NCBI GenBank assembly: GCA_038240975.1 | Contig: JBBRGF010000001.1 | Coordinates: 1 to 59,262 of the forward strand | Reading direction: 5' to 3' | DNA from: Gemmatimonadales bacterium | GTDB taxonomy: Bacteria; Gemmatimonadota; Gemmatimonadetes; Gemmatimonadales; GWC2-71-9 | DNA: 59,262 bases | Notes under the pieces: model-generated | What the model was told of the DNA's origin: nothing | Databases searched by the model: none | The model's input: the letters and a program-made list of their open reading frames with translations, nothing else | Shown here: positions 17,852-27,700 of the stretch, piece after piece | Position numbering within the stretch: position 1 is the stretch's first letter | Layout of the letters: each line of letters starts with the position of its first letter | Translations under genes and position numbers: made by a program

Positions 17852-18502
17852 ATGTCTCCCCTCGAAACCCTCGGCTTTACGCTCGGGACGTCTTTCGCGT
17901 CGGGGCTCAATCTCTACGCCACGGTCGCGGCCGCGGGGCTGTTTCAGCGTTTCGGCCTGGTTCACCTTCCCGACCAGCTTCAAATCCTTGCCAATCCTCT
18001 CGTCATCGGCATCGCGGCCGCCCTGTTCGTCATCGAGTTCGTCGCCGACAAGATTCCCTACTTCGATAGCGTCTGGGATGCCGTGCACACCTTCATCCGT
18101 CCACCTGCCGCCGCGCTGATTTCCTACGGTGCCTTTGCCGGTGGTGTGCCGGAGGAATGGCGCGTGGGTGCCGCCCTGCTCGCGGGTGGTGTAGCCCTTA
18201 CCTCGCACAGCGCCAAAGCGACGACGCGCGCGGCCGCGAATGTGAGTCCGGAGCCGCTCACCAACTGGACGCTGAGCCTGGCCGAAGACTCGATCGCGGT
18301 GTTCCTCTCGTGGATGGCCTCCACGCACCCGCTCATTACCGCCGCGATTGTCGCGGTGCTGGTGATTCTCGCGTTCCTGCTGATTCGAAGACTGTTCGGG
18401 TTCTTCAAGCAGGTGGTGGCCCGTCTGTCGGGCAAGCAGGTGCTAGCCGAGCCGGGCCCGAACTCTCCCCCCAACGCCCAGGCCCAGCCGCCGGGCGGCT
18501 GA
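17852..18502 (+). CDS. DUF4126-family integral membrane protein
   Basis: 216-aa ORF. The N-terminal LGTSFASGLNLYATVAAAGL...IEFVADKIPYFDSVWD matches my recollection of DUF4126. Confidence 0.65.
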   Translation: MSPLETLGFTLGTSFASGLNLYATVAAAGLFQRFGLVHLPDQLQILANPLVIGIAAALFVIEFVADKIPYFDSVWDAVHTFIRPPAAALISYGAFAGGVPEEWRVGAALLAGGVALTSHSAKATTRAAANVSPEPLTNWTLSLAEDSIAVFLSWMASTHPLITAAIVAVLVILAFLLIRRLFGFFKQVVARLSGKQVLAEPGPNSPPNAQAQPPGG

Positions 18503-19201
18503 CCCGTCGCGCACGGCCACCTCGACCTCTCCGCCCGAACCCACGTAGGCCAGGAGCCCTCCCGTCGGCACGTCGCCGAAGGTGCGCCGCAGAGTACCGA
18601 GGTCGAGTCCCTCGACTTCGATCGACGCGTAGGGCGGCACCAGGTCGGGCGTGAGATTGGTGACGAGAGTGCCGAACCGGTCGACGTACAGGATCTCGCC
18701 AACGACCGATTTCCCTTCGTAGTGAGGCTCGGTGTACGCGAGCCGGTGCGGCAGGTCGGTGAGCGGTTGCCCCAACGACACGAGCGCCGCGCCGCTCGCC
18801 AGCGCGGCCGCGGCCGGAGCGAAAAGATCTCGTCCGTGAAAGGTGGGAGAGGCGTCCGCGGGCGTGGGGAGTGCGACGATCTCCACCTCCGCATCACGGA
18901 GAACGGGTGAGAAGACTCCGTTATCCGGTCCGACGAAGGCGTGGCCTCTTGCCTTAATGGCCACCGCCGCCCTGGTCGTGCCTACGCCGGGGTCCACTAT
19001 GACGAGGTGGACGCTGCCGGGGGGAAACCGGTGCCAGGTTCGGCCCAGGAGGTAGGCGCCCGAACGGATATCACCCGGAGGCACCGAGTGCGTGATATCG
19101 AGGAGGGTGGCGCCCGGGGAGCGGGATAGAACGACCCCCTTTACCTCCGCGACGTACGAATCGGCGGTGCCGAAGTCGGTCAGCAGAGTGACGAGGGCCA
19201 T
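18443..19201 (-). CDS. SAM hydroxide adenosyltransferase (DUF62; chlorinase/fluorinase-related family)
   Basis: 252-aa ORF with N-terminus MALVTLLTDFGTADSYVAEVKGVVLS...VIVDPGVGT, typical of the family. Confidence 0.8.
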   Translation of the reverse strand: MALVTLLTDFGTADSYVAEVKGVVLSRSPGATLLDITHSVPPGDIRSGAYLLGRTWHRFPPGSVHLVIVDPGVGTTRAAVAIKARGHAFVGPDNGVFSPVLRDAEVEIVALPTPADASPTFHGRDLFAPAAAALASGAALVSLGQPLTDLPHRLAYTEPHYEGKSVVGEILYVDRFGTLVTNLTPDLVPPYASIEVEGLDLGTLRRTFGDVPTGGLLAYVGSGGEVEVAVRDGSAARRLGLGVGGRVRARLG

Positions 19202-19217
19202 GGGTGTCCCGGAGGAG

Positions 19218-20336
19218 CTACCCCCTGAGAATGGGGAGCTGGACGCCCGGACGGGCGGCCTTCTGTTGGAGGGCCTCGGCGATGTTTCGAAGGCTCACGG
19301 CCGCCGCGCTGTGGGGTTCGGCGACAAGGATCGGCTGACCCGCATCGGCCAGCTCCGCGAGACGAGGCTGCAGCGGCACGGTACCGAGCAACGGCACGCC
19401 GATCTCCGCGGAAAGACGCGCTCCGCCACCCGAAGAGAACAGCTCGAACCGTCGGCCAGTCTCCGGATCGACGAAAGCGCTCATGTTTTCGACGACCCCC
19501 AGCACGGGCACGCCGACCCGCTCGAACATCTTCGCGCCTCGGAGCGCGTCGCCGACGGCGACTTCCTGCGGCGTGGTGACGATGATGGCGCCCGCCACGT
19601 GCGTCGCCTGAACCAGCGACAGTTGCGCGTCGCCGGTGCCGGGAGGCATGTCGACGATCAGGTAGTCGAGCTGCCCCCAATCGACGTCGCGCAGGAACTG
19701 CTGCACCACCTTCATGATGATCGGTCCGCGCCAGATCGCCGGGGCGTCGCGCTCGACCAGAAAGCCGAGTGACATGAGCCGCACGCCATGCGCCTCGAGC
19801 GGCTGAATCCGGCCCGACACCACGGGCGGCTTTCCGGAGGCGCCGAACATACGGGGAATGTTGGGACCGTAGATGTCGGCGTCCATCACACCGACCCGGT
19901 GACCCGCCTCGGCGAGAGCGACGGCGATATTTGCGGCAACCGTCGACTTGCCCACCCCTCCCTTGCCCGATGACACCGCCAGGATGCGCCCGAGGTTGGG
20001 CTGCTCCGGAGGTGCGGGAGCCGGGCCGGGCCCCGTCGGGGCGGAGGCGGTGACGGTGGGTGGCCCGTGTGTGGGGCGGACGGGGCCCGCCGGGTTGGTC
20101 ACCGCGATGCGGATGCCTTCGCGGCGCACACCCTCGACACCCTGAACGGCGGAGCGGGCCTGGCGGACGAGCGTGGCCGGATCGTCGGAGGCGAGCAGAA
20201 AGGAGAAGCTCACGTCACCCTCCGCGCTCACCGTGAGGTCGCGGACCATGCCGGCCGACAGAATGTCGTTCTCCAGGCGCGGATTGTGGATAGCGGCCAG
20301 CGCGGCAGTCACCCGGGCCTCGAGGGACTCCGCCAC
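19218..20336 (-). CDS. apbC: Mrp/NBP35-family Fe-S cluster carrier ATPase
   Basis: Deviant Walker A AVSSGKGGVGKSTVAANIA and a CxxC-region equivalent. The N-terminal DUF59-like domain includes IHNPRLENDIL. GTG 20336 shares one base with the nifU-like stop. The longest ORF starts at 20426. Confidence 0.88.
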   Translation of the reverse strand: MAESLEARVTAALAAIHNPRLENDILSAGMVRDLTVSAEGDVSFSFLLASDDPATLVRQARSAVQGVEGVRREGIRIAVTNPAGPVRPTHGPPTVTASAPTGPGPAPAPPEQPNLGRILAVSSGKGGVGKSTVAANIAVALAEAGHRVGVMDADIYGPNIPRMFGASGKPPVVSGRIQPLEAHGVRLMSLGFLVERDAPAIWRGPIIMKVVQQFLRDVDWGQLDYLIVDMPPGTGDAQLSLVQATHVAGAIIVTTPQEVAVGDALRGAKMFERVGVPVLGVVENMSAFVDPETGRRFELFSSGGGARLSAEIGVPLLGTVPLQPRLAELADAGQPILVAEPHSAAAVSLRNIAEALQQKAARPGVQLPILRG

Positions 20337-20566
20337 TACAGCGCCTCCACGTGCTTGACCTCCGGCACCATCTCGCGCAACCGGACCTCGATTCCCTGCT
20401 TGAGTGTCACGGAAGAGGCCGCACACCCGTGGCAGGTTCCACCCAGACGAAGGAGGAGCACGCCCTCCTGCTCGTCGAAGTCGACCACCTCCACCTGTCC
20501 CCGGTGCGAAGCGATGTAAGGTCGTAGTGTGTCGAGCGTTCGCTCGATCCGTTCGATGGTGTCCAT
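20336..20566 (-). CDS. NifU C-terminal-domain (Nfu-type) Fe-S scaffold/carrier protein
   Basis: 76-aa ORF with GGTCHGCAASSVTLKQGIE (CxxC). GGGGAG lies upstream of the ATG. Confidence 0.85.
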   Translation of the reverse strand: MDTIERIERTLDTLRPYIASHRGQVEVVDFDEQEGVLLLRLGGTCHGCAASSVTLKQGIEVRLREMVPEVKHVEAL

Positions 20567-20602
20567 GTCTCCCCTCAGGCTAATTCCTACTCCATTAATC
20601 GG

Positions 20603-20630
20603 AATATAGGACCGTGCTTGAGAGGGTCAA
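20603..20630 (-). promoter_or_regulatory. sigma70-like promoter for nifU-apbC (minus strand: TTGACC - 16 nt - TATATT)
   Basis: Reverse complement of 20625-20630 is TTGACC and of 20603-20608 is TATATT. The spacer is 16 nt. It lies about 37 nt upstream of the nifU-like ATG, in the only AT-rich gap of this gene run. Confidence 0.45.
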
Positions 20631-20637
20631 CGCCTGT

Positions 20638-21666
20638 CTACCTTCCGTTCGATCCGCGCGAGCCGAGGTAGGTCCGCGCCGCTTCGAGAATCGAGGCCTG
20701 CACTTCCGGCAGGGAGCCGGTGATGGCGATGCCGGCGGCCTTCGTATGTCCGCCGCCGCCGAAGCGGTTGGCGAACGCCGCTACGTCCACGTTCCCTACG
20801 GAGCGCAGCGACACCTTGACCCGGCCCTGGCTCATTTCCCGGAACAGAAGCGCCATACGCACGCCCTCGATTGAGCGGGGGAACTCGACCACGCCGTCGA
20901 GGTCGTCTGACGAGACTCCGTAGCGCTCGATGGCGCCGGGCGGAACCGTCACCCATGCAAGGCCCCATTCCGGCTCGACGACCAGCGTCTGGAGTGCATC
21001 GGCGAGCAATCGCGGACGCCCTTCTGGCGCGCGCGCGTATACCTCCAGATAGATCTCTTCTGGATCGACTCCCGCCTCGAGCAGCTCGGCGGAGATCCGG
21101 AGCGTACGCGGCCGCGTGTTGCTGAAACGGAATCCGCCGGTGTCGGTGAGGATGCCGACGTAGAGCCCTCGCGCCGCCTCCTGGGTCAGCGTCCATCCGT
21201 TGGCTAGTGCGATCTCGAAGACCAGCTCCGCCGTGGCTGCGGCACCGGCATCGAGGTAGCGGGGCCCATCTGGAAGGAAGCCGGCGCTCACGTGGTGATC
21301 GATACATGCCGTAGGCACGCCTCGCTGCTTCACCGCCTCCCCCAGCATGCCGAGACGGCTCAGCTCCGAGATGTCGAGCACGACGATAAGGTCGGCGCGG
21401 CGGAGCTCCTTGATCGCCTCGCTGGTCTTGTCGACACCGGGGAGATCTTCGAACAGGAAGGCGAAGCGGGGCGGCGTGGGCGTCGGGTTGGTGATCGAGA
21501 CGTCCACGCCCTTCGACCGAAGGAGGTGGGCGAGTCCCGCCTCGCTACCCAGCCCGTCGCCATCGGGGCTCACGTGGGTGGTCAGGCAGATACGCTGCCC
21601 GGGCGTAAACGCGGAGGCGAACGCCCGGGCAGCGGCAATACGGTCTGGAGAGAGAGCAAACGGCAT
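20638..21666 (-). CDS. nrnA: DHH/DHHA1 phosphoesterase (NrnA-type oligoribonuclease / pAp phosphatase)
   Basis: Internal ATG (codon 86) of ORF 20638..21921. Motifs HVSPDGDGLGS, DHH (CIDHHVS) and GGGHTKAAG (DHHA1). Confidence 0.85.
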   Translation of the reverse strand: MPFALSPDRIAAARAFASAFTPGQRICLTTHVSPDGDGLGSEAGLAHLLRSKGVDVSITNPTPTPPRFAFLFEDLPGVDKTSEAIKELRRADLIVVLDISELSRLGMLGEAVKQRGVPTACIDHHVSAGFLPDGPRYLDAGAAATAELVFEIALANGWTLTQEAARGLYVGILTDTGGFRFSNTRPRTLRISAELLEAGVDPEEIYLEVYARAPEGRPRLLADALQTLVVEPEWGLAWVTVPPGAIERYGVSSDDLDGVVEFPRSIEGVRMALLFREMSQGRVKVSLRSVGNVDVAAFANRFGGGGHTKAAGIAITGSLPEVQASILEAARTYLGSRGSNGR

Positions 21667-21683
21667 GGGCCAAAGGTAATCCC

Positions 21684-23174
21684 CTACCGCCCCCCGCCGG
21701 CCGCCTGCTGCACTTTCGAGTGGCGGCGCCCGTACAGGAAGTAGATGGCGAGCCCGAGCGCCATCCAGATGACCAACCGTGCCCACGTGTCTACCGGCAG
21801 GCCCAGCATCAGGTAGACGATGGCGAGAATGCCGGCGACCGGTACGAACGGAACCAGCGGCGTGCGAAACGGACGCGGCCTCGTGGGATCGGTATAGCGG
21901 AGCACGAGCACGCCGGCGCACACGATCGCGAACGCGAGCAGGGTGCCGATGGAGACGAGCTCGCCGAGGAGGCCGATCGGAAGCAGCCCGGCGAACGCCA
22001 TCGCCGCGACGCCGGTGACCAGGCTGGCGACGTAGGGAGTGCGGAAGCGGGGATGCACCTTGCTGAACACGGGCGGCAGCAATCCATCCTTCGCCATGGA
22101 GTAGAATATCCGCGGCTGCCCCAGGAGCATGACGAGGATGACCGACGAGAGCCCCGCGATGGCGCCGATCTTGACCACGGGCCGTAGCCAGGCGAGGGCG
22201 GGCCCGGCGGCGTTGATGCCTACGGCGATCGGATCGGGCACGTTGAGCTGGGTGTAGCTCACGATGCCGGTGAGCACCAGCGCCACGACGATGTAAAGCA
22301 CGGTGCAGATGGCGAGCGAGCCGAGAATCCCGATCGGCATGTCGCGCTGGGGATTTCGTGTCTCCTGCGCCGCGGTGGATACGGCATCGAATCCGATGTA
22401 GGCGAAGAAGATCACCCCCGCGCCGCGCACGATGCCGTCCCAGCCGTACTTGCCCGGTCCGGCCGCCGGCGGGATGAAGGGCTCCCAGTTCTCACGGTTG
22501 ATGTACGCGAGCCCGAAGCCGATGAAGAGGAACACGACGGTCAGCTTGATGATCACGACGACGTTGTTGAAGCCGGCCGACTCGCTGATGCCCACGATGA
22601 GCAGAATCGTAATGAGCGCGACGATGATCATGGCGGGCACGTTCAGTACCGCGCCGGTGCTCGACCACCCCTCGGTGAAGAGCCTCCAGATGTTGAATCC
22701 GGCGCCGGCCGGGGTCGTGTGCGTGTAAGGTGCCGACGTGTATTCCGGAGGGATGTTGATCCCCAGATCTTTGAGGAAGGAGACGACGTATCCCGACCAT
22801 CCGACCGCCACCGTGGAGGCGGCGAAGAGGTATTCGAGGATGAGGTCCCACCCGATGATCCACGCGACCAGCTCGCCGAGTGTGGCGTAGCCGTAGGTGT
22901 AGGCCGACCCTGCGATCGGGATCATCGCGGCGAACTCCGCGTAACAGAGCCCCGCAAGCGCGCAGGCCGTACCGGCGAGGATGAACGAGTACACGATGGC
23001 GGGGCCAGCGTAATTCGCCGCGGCCTGGCCTGTCAGAACGAAGATGCCCGCACCGATGATCGCGCCGATACCGAGCGTGACGAGGTTGAGGGGACCGAGC
23101 GCACGCTTGAGGCTCTGGTCCGAGGCGGCCTCCGCCTGCAGCGCTGACAGATCCTTGCGACGGAAAAGGCTCAT
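21684..23174 (-). CDS. APC-superfamily amino-acid permease (cationic amino-acid transporter-like)
   Basis: 496-aa polytopic ORF. The N-terminus ...[28 protein letters not shown] is typical of APC/CAT permeases. Confidence 0.85.
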   Translation of the reverse strand: MSLFRRKDLSALQAEAASDQSLKRALGPLNLVTLGIGAIIGAGIFVLTGQAAANYAGPAIVYSFILAGTACALAGLCYAEFAAMIPIAGSAYTYGYATLGELVAWIIGWDLILEYLFAASTVAVGWSGYVVSFLKDLGINIPPEYTSAPYTHTTPAGAGFNIWRLFTEGWSSTGAVLNVPAMIIVALITILLIVGISESAGFNNVVVIIKLTVVFLFIGFGLAYINRENWEPFIPPAAGPGKYGWDGIVRGAGVIFFAYIGFDAVSTAAQETRNPQRDMPIGILGSLAICTVLYIVVALVLTGIVSYTQLNVPDPIAVGINAAGPALAWLRPVVKIGAIAGLSSVILVMLLGQPRIFYSMAKDGLLPPVFSKVHPRFRTPYVASLVTGVAAMAFAGLLPIGLLGELVSIGTLLAFAIVCAGVLVLRYTDPTRPRPFRTPLVPFVPVAGILAIVYLMLGLPVDTWARLVIWMALGLAIYFLYGRRHSKVQQAAGGGR

Positions 23175-23234
23175 GGGACACTCATCGGAAGAGGTGGGAT
23201 GACCGACGGGAGATCTGCTTCGGACGCGACCGGA

Positions 23235-24692
23235 TCAGGCGCTGTAGTTCGGCGCTTCCCGGGTGATAGTCACATCGTGCGGGTGCGATTCGCGCAGGCC
23301 GGCGGACGTGATCTGAATCATTTCCACGTCGCACCTGAGTTGCCCGATCCCGCTCACTCCACAGTAGCCCATGCCGCTGCGCAGTCCGCCGACCATCTGG
23401 TAGATGACGTCGGCGACGGCGCCCTTGTACGGCACGCGCCCTTCGATGCCCTCGGGCACCATCTTGCCGGGGGTCATCTCTCCCTCCTGAAAGTACCGGT
23501 CGGCCGATCCGTCCTGCATGGCGGAGAGGCTTCCCATTCCGCGAATGATCTTGTACCGGCGACCCTCGGCGAGCACCGACTCGCCCGGGCTCTCCTCGGT
23601 GCCGGCCAGCATCGAGCCCATCATGACGGAGGACGCCCCAGCCGCCAATGCCTTCACGACGTCGCCGGAGTACTTGATCCCGCCGTCGGCGATGATGGGC
23701 ACGTCTTCGGCTCCGCGGAGCGCGTCGACGATCGCGGTTACCTGAGGGACGCCGACACCGGTGACCACGCGCGTGGTGCAGATGCTCCCCGGTCCGATCC
23801 CCACCTTGACCGCGTCGACGCCACGCCGGACCATCTCGCGCGCACCGGCCTCGGTGGCGACGTTGCCCGCGACCAGCTGGACGTCGGGAAATGCCTCGCG
23901 CAGCTGCGAGACGGTGCTCAGCACCCCTTCGCTGTGGCCGTGGGCTGAATCCACCACCAGCACGTCGACGCCGGCAGCGACGAGGCCGCGCGCGCGCACC
24001 GTGGCGTCGGAGCCGCCACCGACCGCGGCGGCGACGCGGAGGCGCCCGTGCTGATCCTTGTTGGCGTCGGGATGCTCGCGGCGCTTGAAGATGTCCTTGA
24101 CCGTGATGAGCCCCTTGAGCACACCCTGGCCGTCGACCACGGGGAGCTTCTCGATCCGGTGGCGGGCGAGGATGCGCTCGGCGTCGTCGAGGCTCGTGCC
24201 CACGGGAGCGGTGACGAGGTTGTCCCGCGTCATCGCTTCGCGCAGCGGCTGGTCGAGATTGTGCTCGAACTGCAGGTCGCGGTTGGTGATGATCCCGATG
24301 AGCCGGCCCTGGCCGTCGACGATCGGCACGCCCGAGATCTTGAACCGCCGCATGAGAGCGTACGCCTCGCGCAGCGGCCGATCCGGCCCGAGTGTAATGG
24401 GATTGAGGATCATCCCGCTCTCACTCCGCTTGACGCGGTCGACCTCCGCGGCCTGGCGCTCGGGCGTCATGTTCTTGTGCAGCACGCCGATGCCACCCGC
24501 ACGCGCCATCGCGATGGCCATGTCGGCTTCGGTGACGGTGTCCATGGCGGCGGAAATGAGCGGGATGTTGAGGGGAATGCTGCGGGTAAGGCGGGTGGTG
24601 GTGGAGACTTCGCGCGGATGCACCGCGGAGTATCGCGGAACCAGAAGCACGTCGTCGAACGTGAGGCCGGGCTTGGCGCGGATCACGGTCAT
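23235..24692 (-). CDS. guaB: IMP dehydrogenase
   Basis: Internal ATG of ORF 23235..25568. [22 protein letters not shown], tandem CBS domains, and the catalytic loop [13 protein letters not shown]. Confidence 0.93.
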   Translation of the reverse strand: MTVIRAKPGLTFDDVLLVPRYSAVHPREVSTTTRLTRSIPLNIPLISAAMDTVTEADMAIAMARAGGIGVLHKNMTPERQAAEVDRVKRSESGMILNPITLGPDRPLREAYALMRRFKISGVPIVDGQGRLIGIITNRDLQFEHNLDQPLREAMTRDNLVTAPVGTSLDDAERILARHRIEKLPVVDGQGVLKGLITVKDIFKRREHPDANKDQHGRLRVAAAVGGGSDATVRARGLVAAGVDVLVVDSAHGHSEGVLSTVSQLREAFPDVQLVAGNVATEAGAREMVRRGVDAVKVGIGPGSICTTRVVTGVGVPQVTAIVDALRGAEDVPIIADGGIKYSGDVVKALAAGASSVMMGSMLAGTEESPGESVLAEGRRYKIIRGMGSLSAMQDGSADRYFQEGEMTPGKMVPEGIEGRVPYKGAVADVIYQMVGGLRSGMGYCGVSGIGQLRCDVEMIQITSAGLRESHPHDVTITREAPNYSA

Positions 24693-24751
24693 GAGCTCGG
24701 CTGCCGTTCGGATATTCCCATCTCCAAGTGTAGGGAGCCGCCCGGCCGGGG

Positions 24752-26245
24752 TCAAGCCGGAGTGGAGGCCGCGAGCCTCCTCCAGAGGAGGTAGACGGGA
24801 ACTCCTAGCGCCACGATGGCCAGCCCGCAGCCGGTGTAAAGCGGCCGCTGGACGAGGAGGATCACCATGATCGTGCCGACTGCCATCATGTAGAGCGCCG
24901 GCAGGACGGGATAGCCGAATGCCTTGACCGGCCGCGGCAGATCGGGGCGAATGCGCCGGAGCCGGAAGAGCGCCAGCGTGGTGAGGAAGTAGAACACCAG
25001 CGCCGCGAAGATCACGTAGTCGAGGAGCTGATTGTAGGTGCCGCTCACGCAGAGAACGCTGGCCCAGATGGCCTGAAGCACCAGCGCCAGCACAGGGGTC
25101 CGAAAGGTGGGATGCAGTACGCCGACGCGGCCGAAGAAGAGCCGGTCGCGCGCCATGGCGTAGTACACCCGCGGCCCCGACAGAATGAGTCCGTTGTTGC
25201 AGCCGAAGGTGGAAAGTAGAATTGCGACCGCCATCAGCGTGGCCGCGCCCGCGCCGAGCACGACCTCGATGGCCGCCGTGCCGACGCGATCCTGCGCCGC
25301 ATACTGAAGGCCGCGCGCGAGCACGTCGGCGCCGTTGGGATCGCCCTTGAAGGGCAGGAGATTCAGGTACGCCACGTTCGCGAGAATGTACAGCAGGCTC
25401 ACCGTGGCCGTTCCGATGGCGAGCGCGCGGGGAAGGTTCCGGCTCGGGTTCTGCACCTCCGCCGCGGCAAACGTCACGTTGTTCCAAGCATCGCTCGAAA
25501 AGAGCGAGCCCACCATCGCGGCGCCGAGGATGGGGATGACGGCGATCGACCAGTCGCCGGTCCCCCACATATTGGAGAAATTCGCGGCCGCGATGCCGGG
25601 TTGCCGAAAGAGCGTCAGGCCACAGATCACGAGTACGGCCAGTGCCCCGACCTTGGCGACGCTGAACACCGTCTGGATGGCGGCCCCAAGCGTGACGCCG
25701 CGGATGTTGATGGCGGTGAGCACGAGAATGGAGAGAATGGCCACCACGCGCTGGGGCGAAAGGCCGAGTTGGATGGCGTCGGAGGCGCCGGGCAGGTGAA
25801 TCTGTCCGAGCGGCAGGAAGACGTCAGGGCTCAACGACGGCACGAGGACGCTGGCAAATCGCGCGAACGCCACCGCCACCGCCGCGATCGTGCCTGTCTG
25901 AATGACGGCGAAGAGGGTCCAGCCGTAGAGGAAGCCGGCTAAAGGGGAGAGTCCTTCGCGCAGGAAGACGTACTGCCCGCCGGCCTTCGGCATCATCGCG
26001 GCCAGCTCCGCGTAGGCCAGTGCGCCGGTGACGGTCATGGCGCCGGTCACGATCCAGATGAGGAGCAGCGCGCCCGGACCCCAGGCGCCCACCTGCCTCC
26101 CGATATCGGCGGATACAATGAAGATCCCGGAGCCGATCATCGAGCCGACTACCAGGGAGATGGCCGCCAGCGGTCCGATGCCCCGAATGAACTCGGCTCC
26201 GGACGACGAGGTCGTGCTCGCGGGTGCCTGCGCAGGAGCGGCCAT
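24752..26245 (-). CDS. APC-superfamily amino-acid permease
   Basis: 497-aa polytopic ORF with ...[20 protein letters not shown]... typical of the family. Confidence 0.85.
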   Translation of the reverse strand: MAAPAQAPASTTSSSGAEFIRGIGPLAAISLVVGSMIGSGIFIVSADIGRQVGAWGPGALLLIWIVTGAMTVTGALAYAELAAMMPKAGGQYVFLREGLSPLAGFLYGWTLFAVIQTGTIAAVAVAFARFASVLVPSLSPDVFLPLGQIHLPGASDAIQLGLSPQRVVAILSILVLTAINIRGVTLGAAIQTVFSVAKVGALAVLVICGLTLFRQPGIAAANFSNMWGTGDWSIAVIPILGAAMVGSLFSSDAWNNVTFAAAEVQNPSRNLPRALAIGTATVSLLYILANVAYLNLLPFKGDPNGADVLARGLQYAAQDRVGTAAIEVVLGAGAATLMAVAILLSTFGCNNGLILSGPRVYYAMARDRLFFGRVGVLHPTFRTPVLALVLQAIWASVLCVSGTYNQLLDYVIFAALVFYFLTTLALFRLRRIRPDLPRPVKAFGYPVLPALYMMAVGTIMVILLVQRPLYTGCGLAIVALGVPVYLLWRRLAASTPA

Positions 26246-26272
26246 GATGTATCCGGATTGTGGGGGGGCTTA

Positions 26273-26611
26273 CTACTTCTCCTGCGTGGGGAGCTCGGTC
26301 GGCTTGGCCGGCCCTTCGGCGGCCTTCACGGCTTCATCCACCACCGCCTGTCCAGCCGCGGCCAGGCCCCTCATCACCTTGGCGGCGCTGTCCATGATCC
26401 CCATCGTCCCGCTGATGGCCTGGATGGGCAGCTTGCTGGCGCGCATCGTGTCTTCGACCGTCTCGGTGAGTCGCGCCAGGATGCCGCCGGGACGCGCACG
26501 TTCGGCGTACTTACTGTCGAGGAATTCGATGTAGTCGAGAATCTCGTATCCGCGCTCATCGCTCAGCGCGTCCAGGAGCCGGGCGATACGCTGCTTGAGC
26601 AGATCGTTCAT
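26273..26611 (-). CDS. hypothetical protein (N-terminal DUF2281-like helix)
   Basis: 112-aa ORF with a strong SD (AGGAGGG 6 nt upstream of the ATG). YEILDYIEFLDSKY resembles DUF2281-type motifs. No function is assignable. Confidence 0.55.
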   Translation of the reverse strand: MNDLLKQRIARLLDALSDERGYEILDYIEFLDSKYAERARPGGILARLTETVEDTMRASKLPIQAISGTMGIMDSAAKVMRGLAAAGQAVVDEAVKAAEGPAKPTELPTQEK

Positions 26612-26620
26612 CGGACCCTC

Positions 26621-27670
26621 CTACGTACCTTCCATCCCTGAAACAACCGACACCAGTTCCGCTACCGGGGTGGTGAGATAGCGTGTGCGCGCCGCCCGGA
26701 TGGTCACTCGCAGCACCAGCTCGCGCAGGGGCGGCAGCGCGCTGAATTCGGCGACCTTGTCGGCGGGTATGGTAACGTACACGAATCCGGGCTCGGGCAG
26801 CGGTCCCCTGGTCAGGAGGTACGGCTGCCCCGGAGCCATTTCGCTGCGAAGCTCATCGGCGCTCTGCACCGCGATCAGCTGGAGCTTCCACCGCAGGGTC
26901 TGTCCCACGAACCGGTCTGGGGACGCTCGAACCTCGTCGGCGGTGACACCGTCGAGGGCATCGGCCGAACTGGGCTTGAGATCGTCCTCCTTGACCCAGC
27001 CGTCGACCTGGACCTTGACCCACCCGGCGGCGCGCCCCACCACCCGGGCGGGCACTCCGGCTTGCACCCGAGCGAGAGGGGCTCCGTCGGGGGCGACACT
27101 CAGTGCCGATTCGTGAGCCAACTCCATAGGCTCTTGCTCGGGAGCCGCCTTTAACTGGGCGGCCGGCTTGGACTGAGCGGGGGAACGGGACGCTTTGGAG
27201 GCGGGAGTCTGATCGCGACCCTGCCGGCGGCCGGCGCTCACGGACGTGCTGGGCACCCACCCCTCGCGCCGCACCTGAGTCCAGACGCCCTTGGCGCGGA
27301 TGCGATCGAGAAGGGTACCCCCCCTCACTCGACCGATGAGCGGACCATTGGGGGAGCTGCGGAGGTTTTCACCCTCCTTGGGTGTCACGACCAGGTCGAA
27401 TCCGTCGCGGCCGGTAGGCGAGGTGGAAGGGGTGTACACCCAGCCTTCGATCGTGGCCTGCTTCCAATCTCCGCGGGCCTCGCCGGTTTCCACAGGGGCT
27501 CCGGCGGGCAGCGAAACGAGCGGCGCACCATCGGGGTCGCGATGCAGTTCGGCCGGCACCGAGAGGGCATCATCCTGCTGGGCCGCGGCCGTGCCGGCAA
27601 GCATGAGACAGGCCACGATACAGGCTGGTAGCCGGAAGAAGCCGGAACTAGATTGTGGCGCGTAACTCAC
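26621..27670 (-). CDS. secreted protein with three SH3b-like repeats and an uncharacterised C-terminal domain
   Basis: 349-aa ORF with a GTG start and a signal-like FFRLPACIVACLMLAGTAAAQ. Repeats end in ATIEGWVYTPS, VRREGWVPSTS and VQVDGWVKEDD. Confidence 0.6.
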   Translation of the reverse strand: MSYAPQSSSGFFRLPACIVACLMLAGTAAAQQDDALSVPAELHRDPDGAPLVSLPAGAPVETGEARGDWKQATIEGWVYTPSTSPTGRDGFDLVVTPKEGENLRSSPNGPLIGRVRGGTLLDRIRAKGVWTQVRREGWVPSTSVSAGRRQGRDQTPASKASRSPAQSKPAAQLKAAPEQEPMELAHESALSVAPDGAPLARVQAGVPARVVGRAAGWVKVQVDGWVKEDDLKPSSADALDGVTADEVRASPDRFVGQTLRWKLQLIAVQSADELRSEMAPGQPYLLTRGPLPEPGFVYVTIPADKVAEFSALPPLRELVLRVTIRAARTRYLTTPVAELVSVVSGMEGT

Positions 27671-27700
27671 AGTCGGGCATTGTAGAACACGCGGAGAGCC

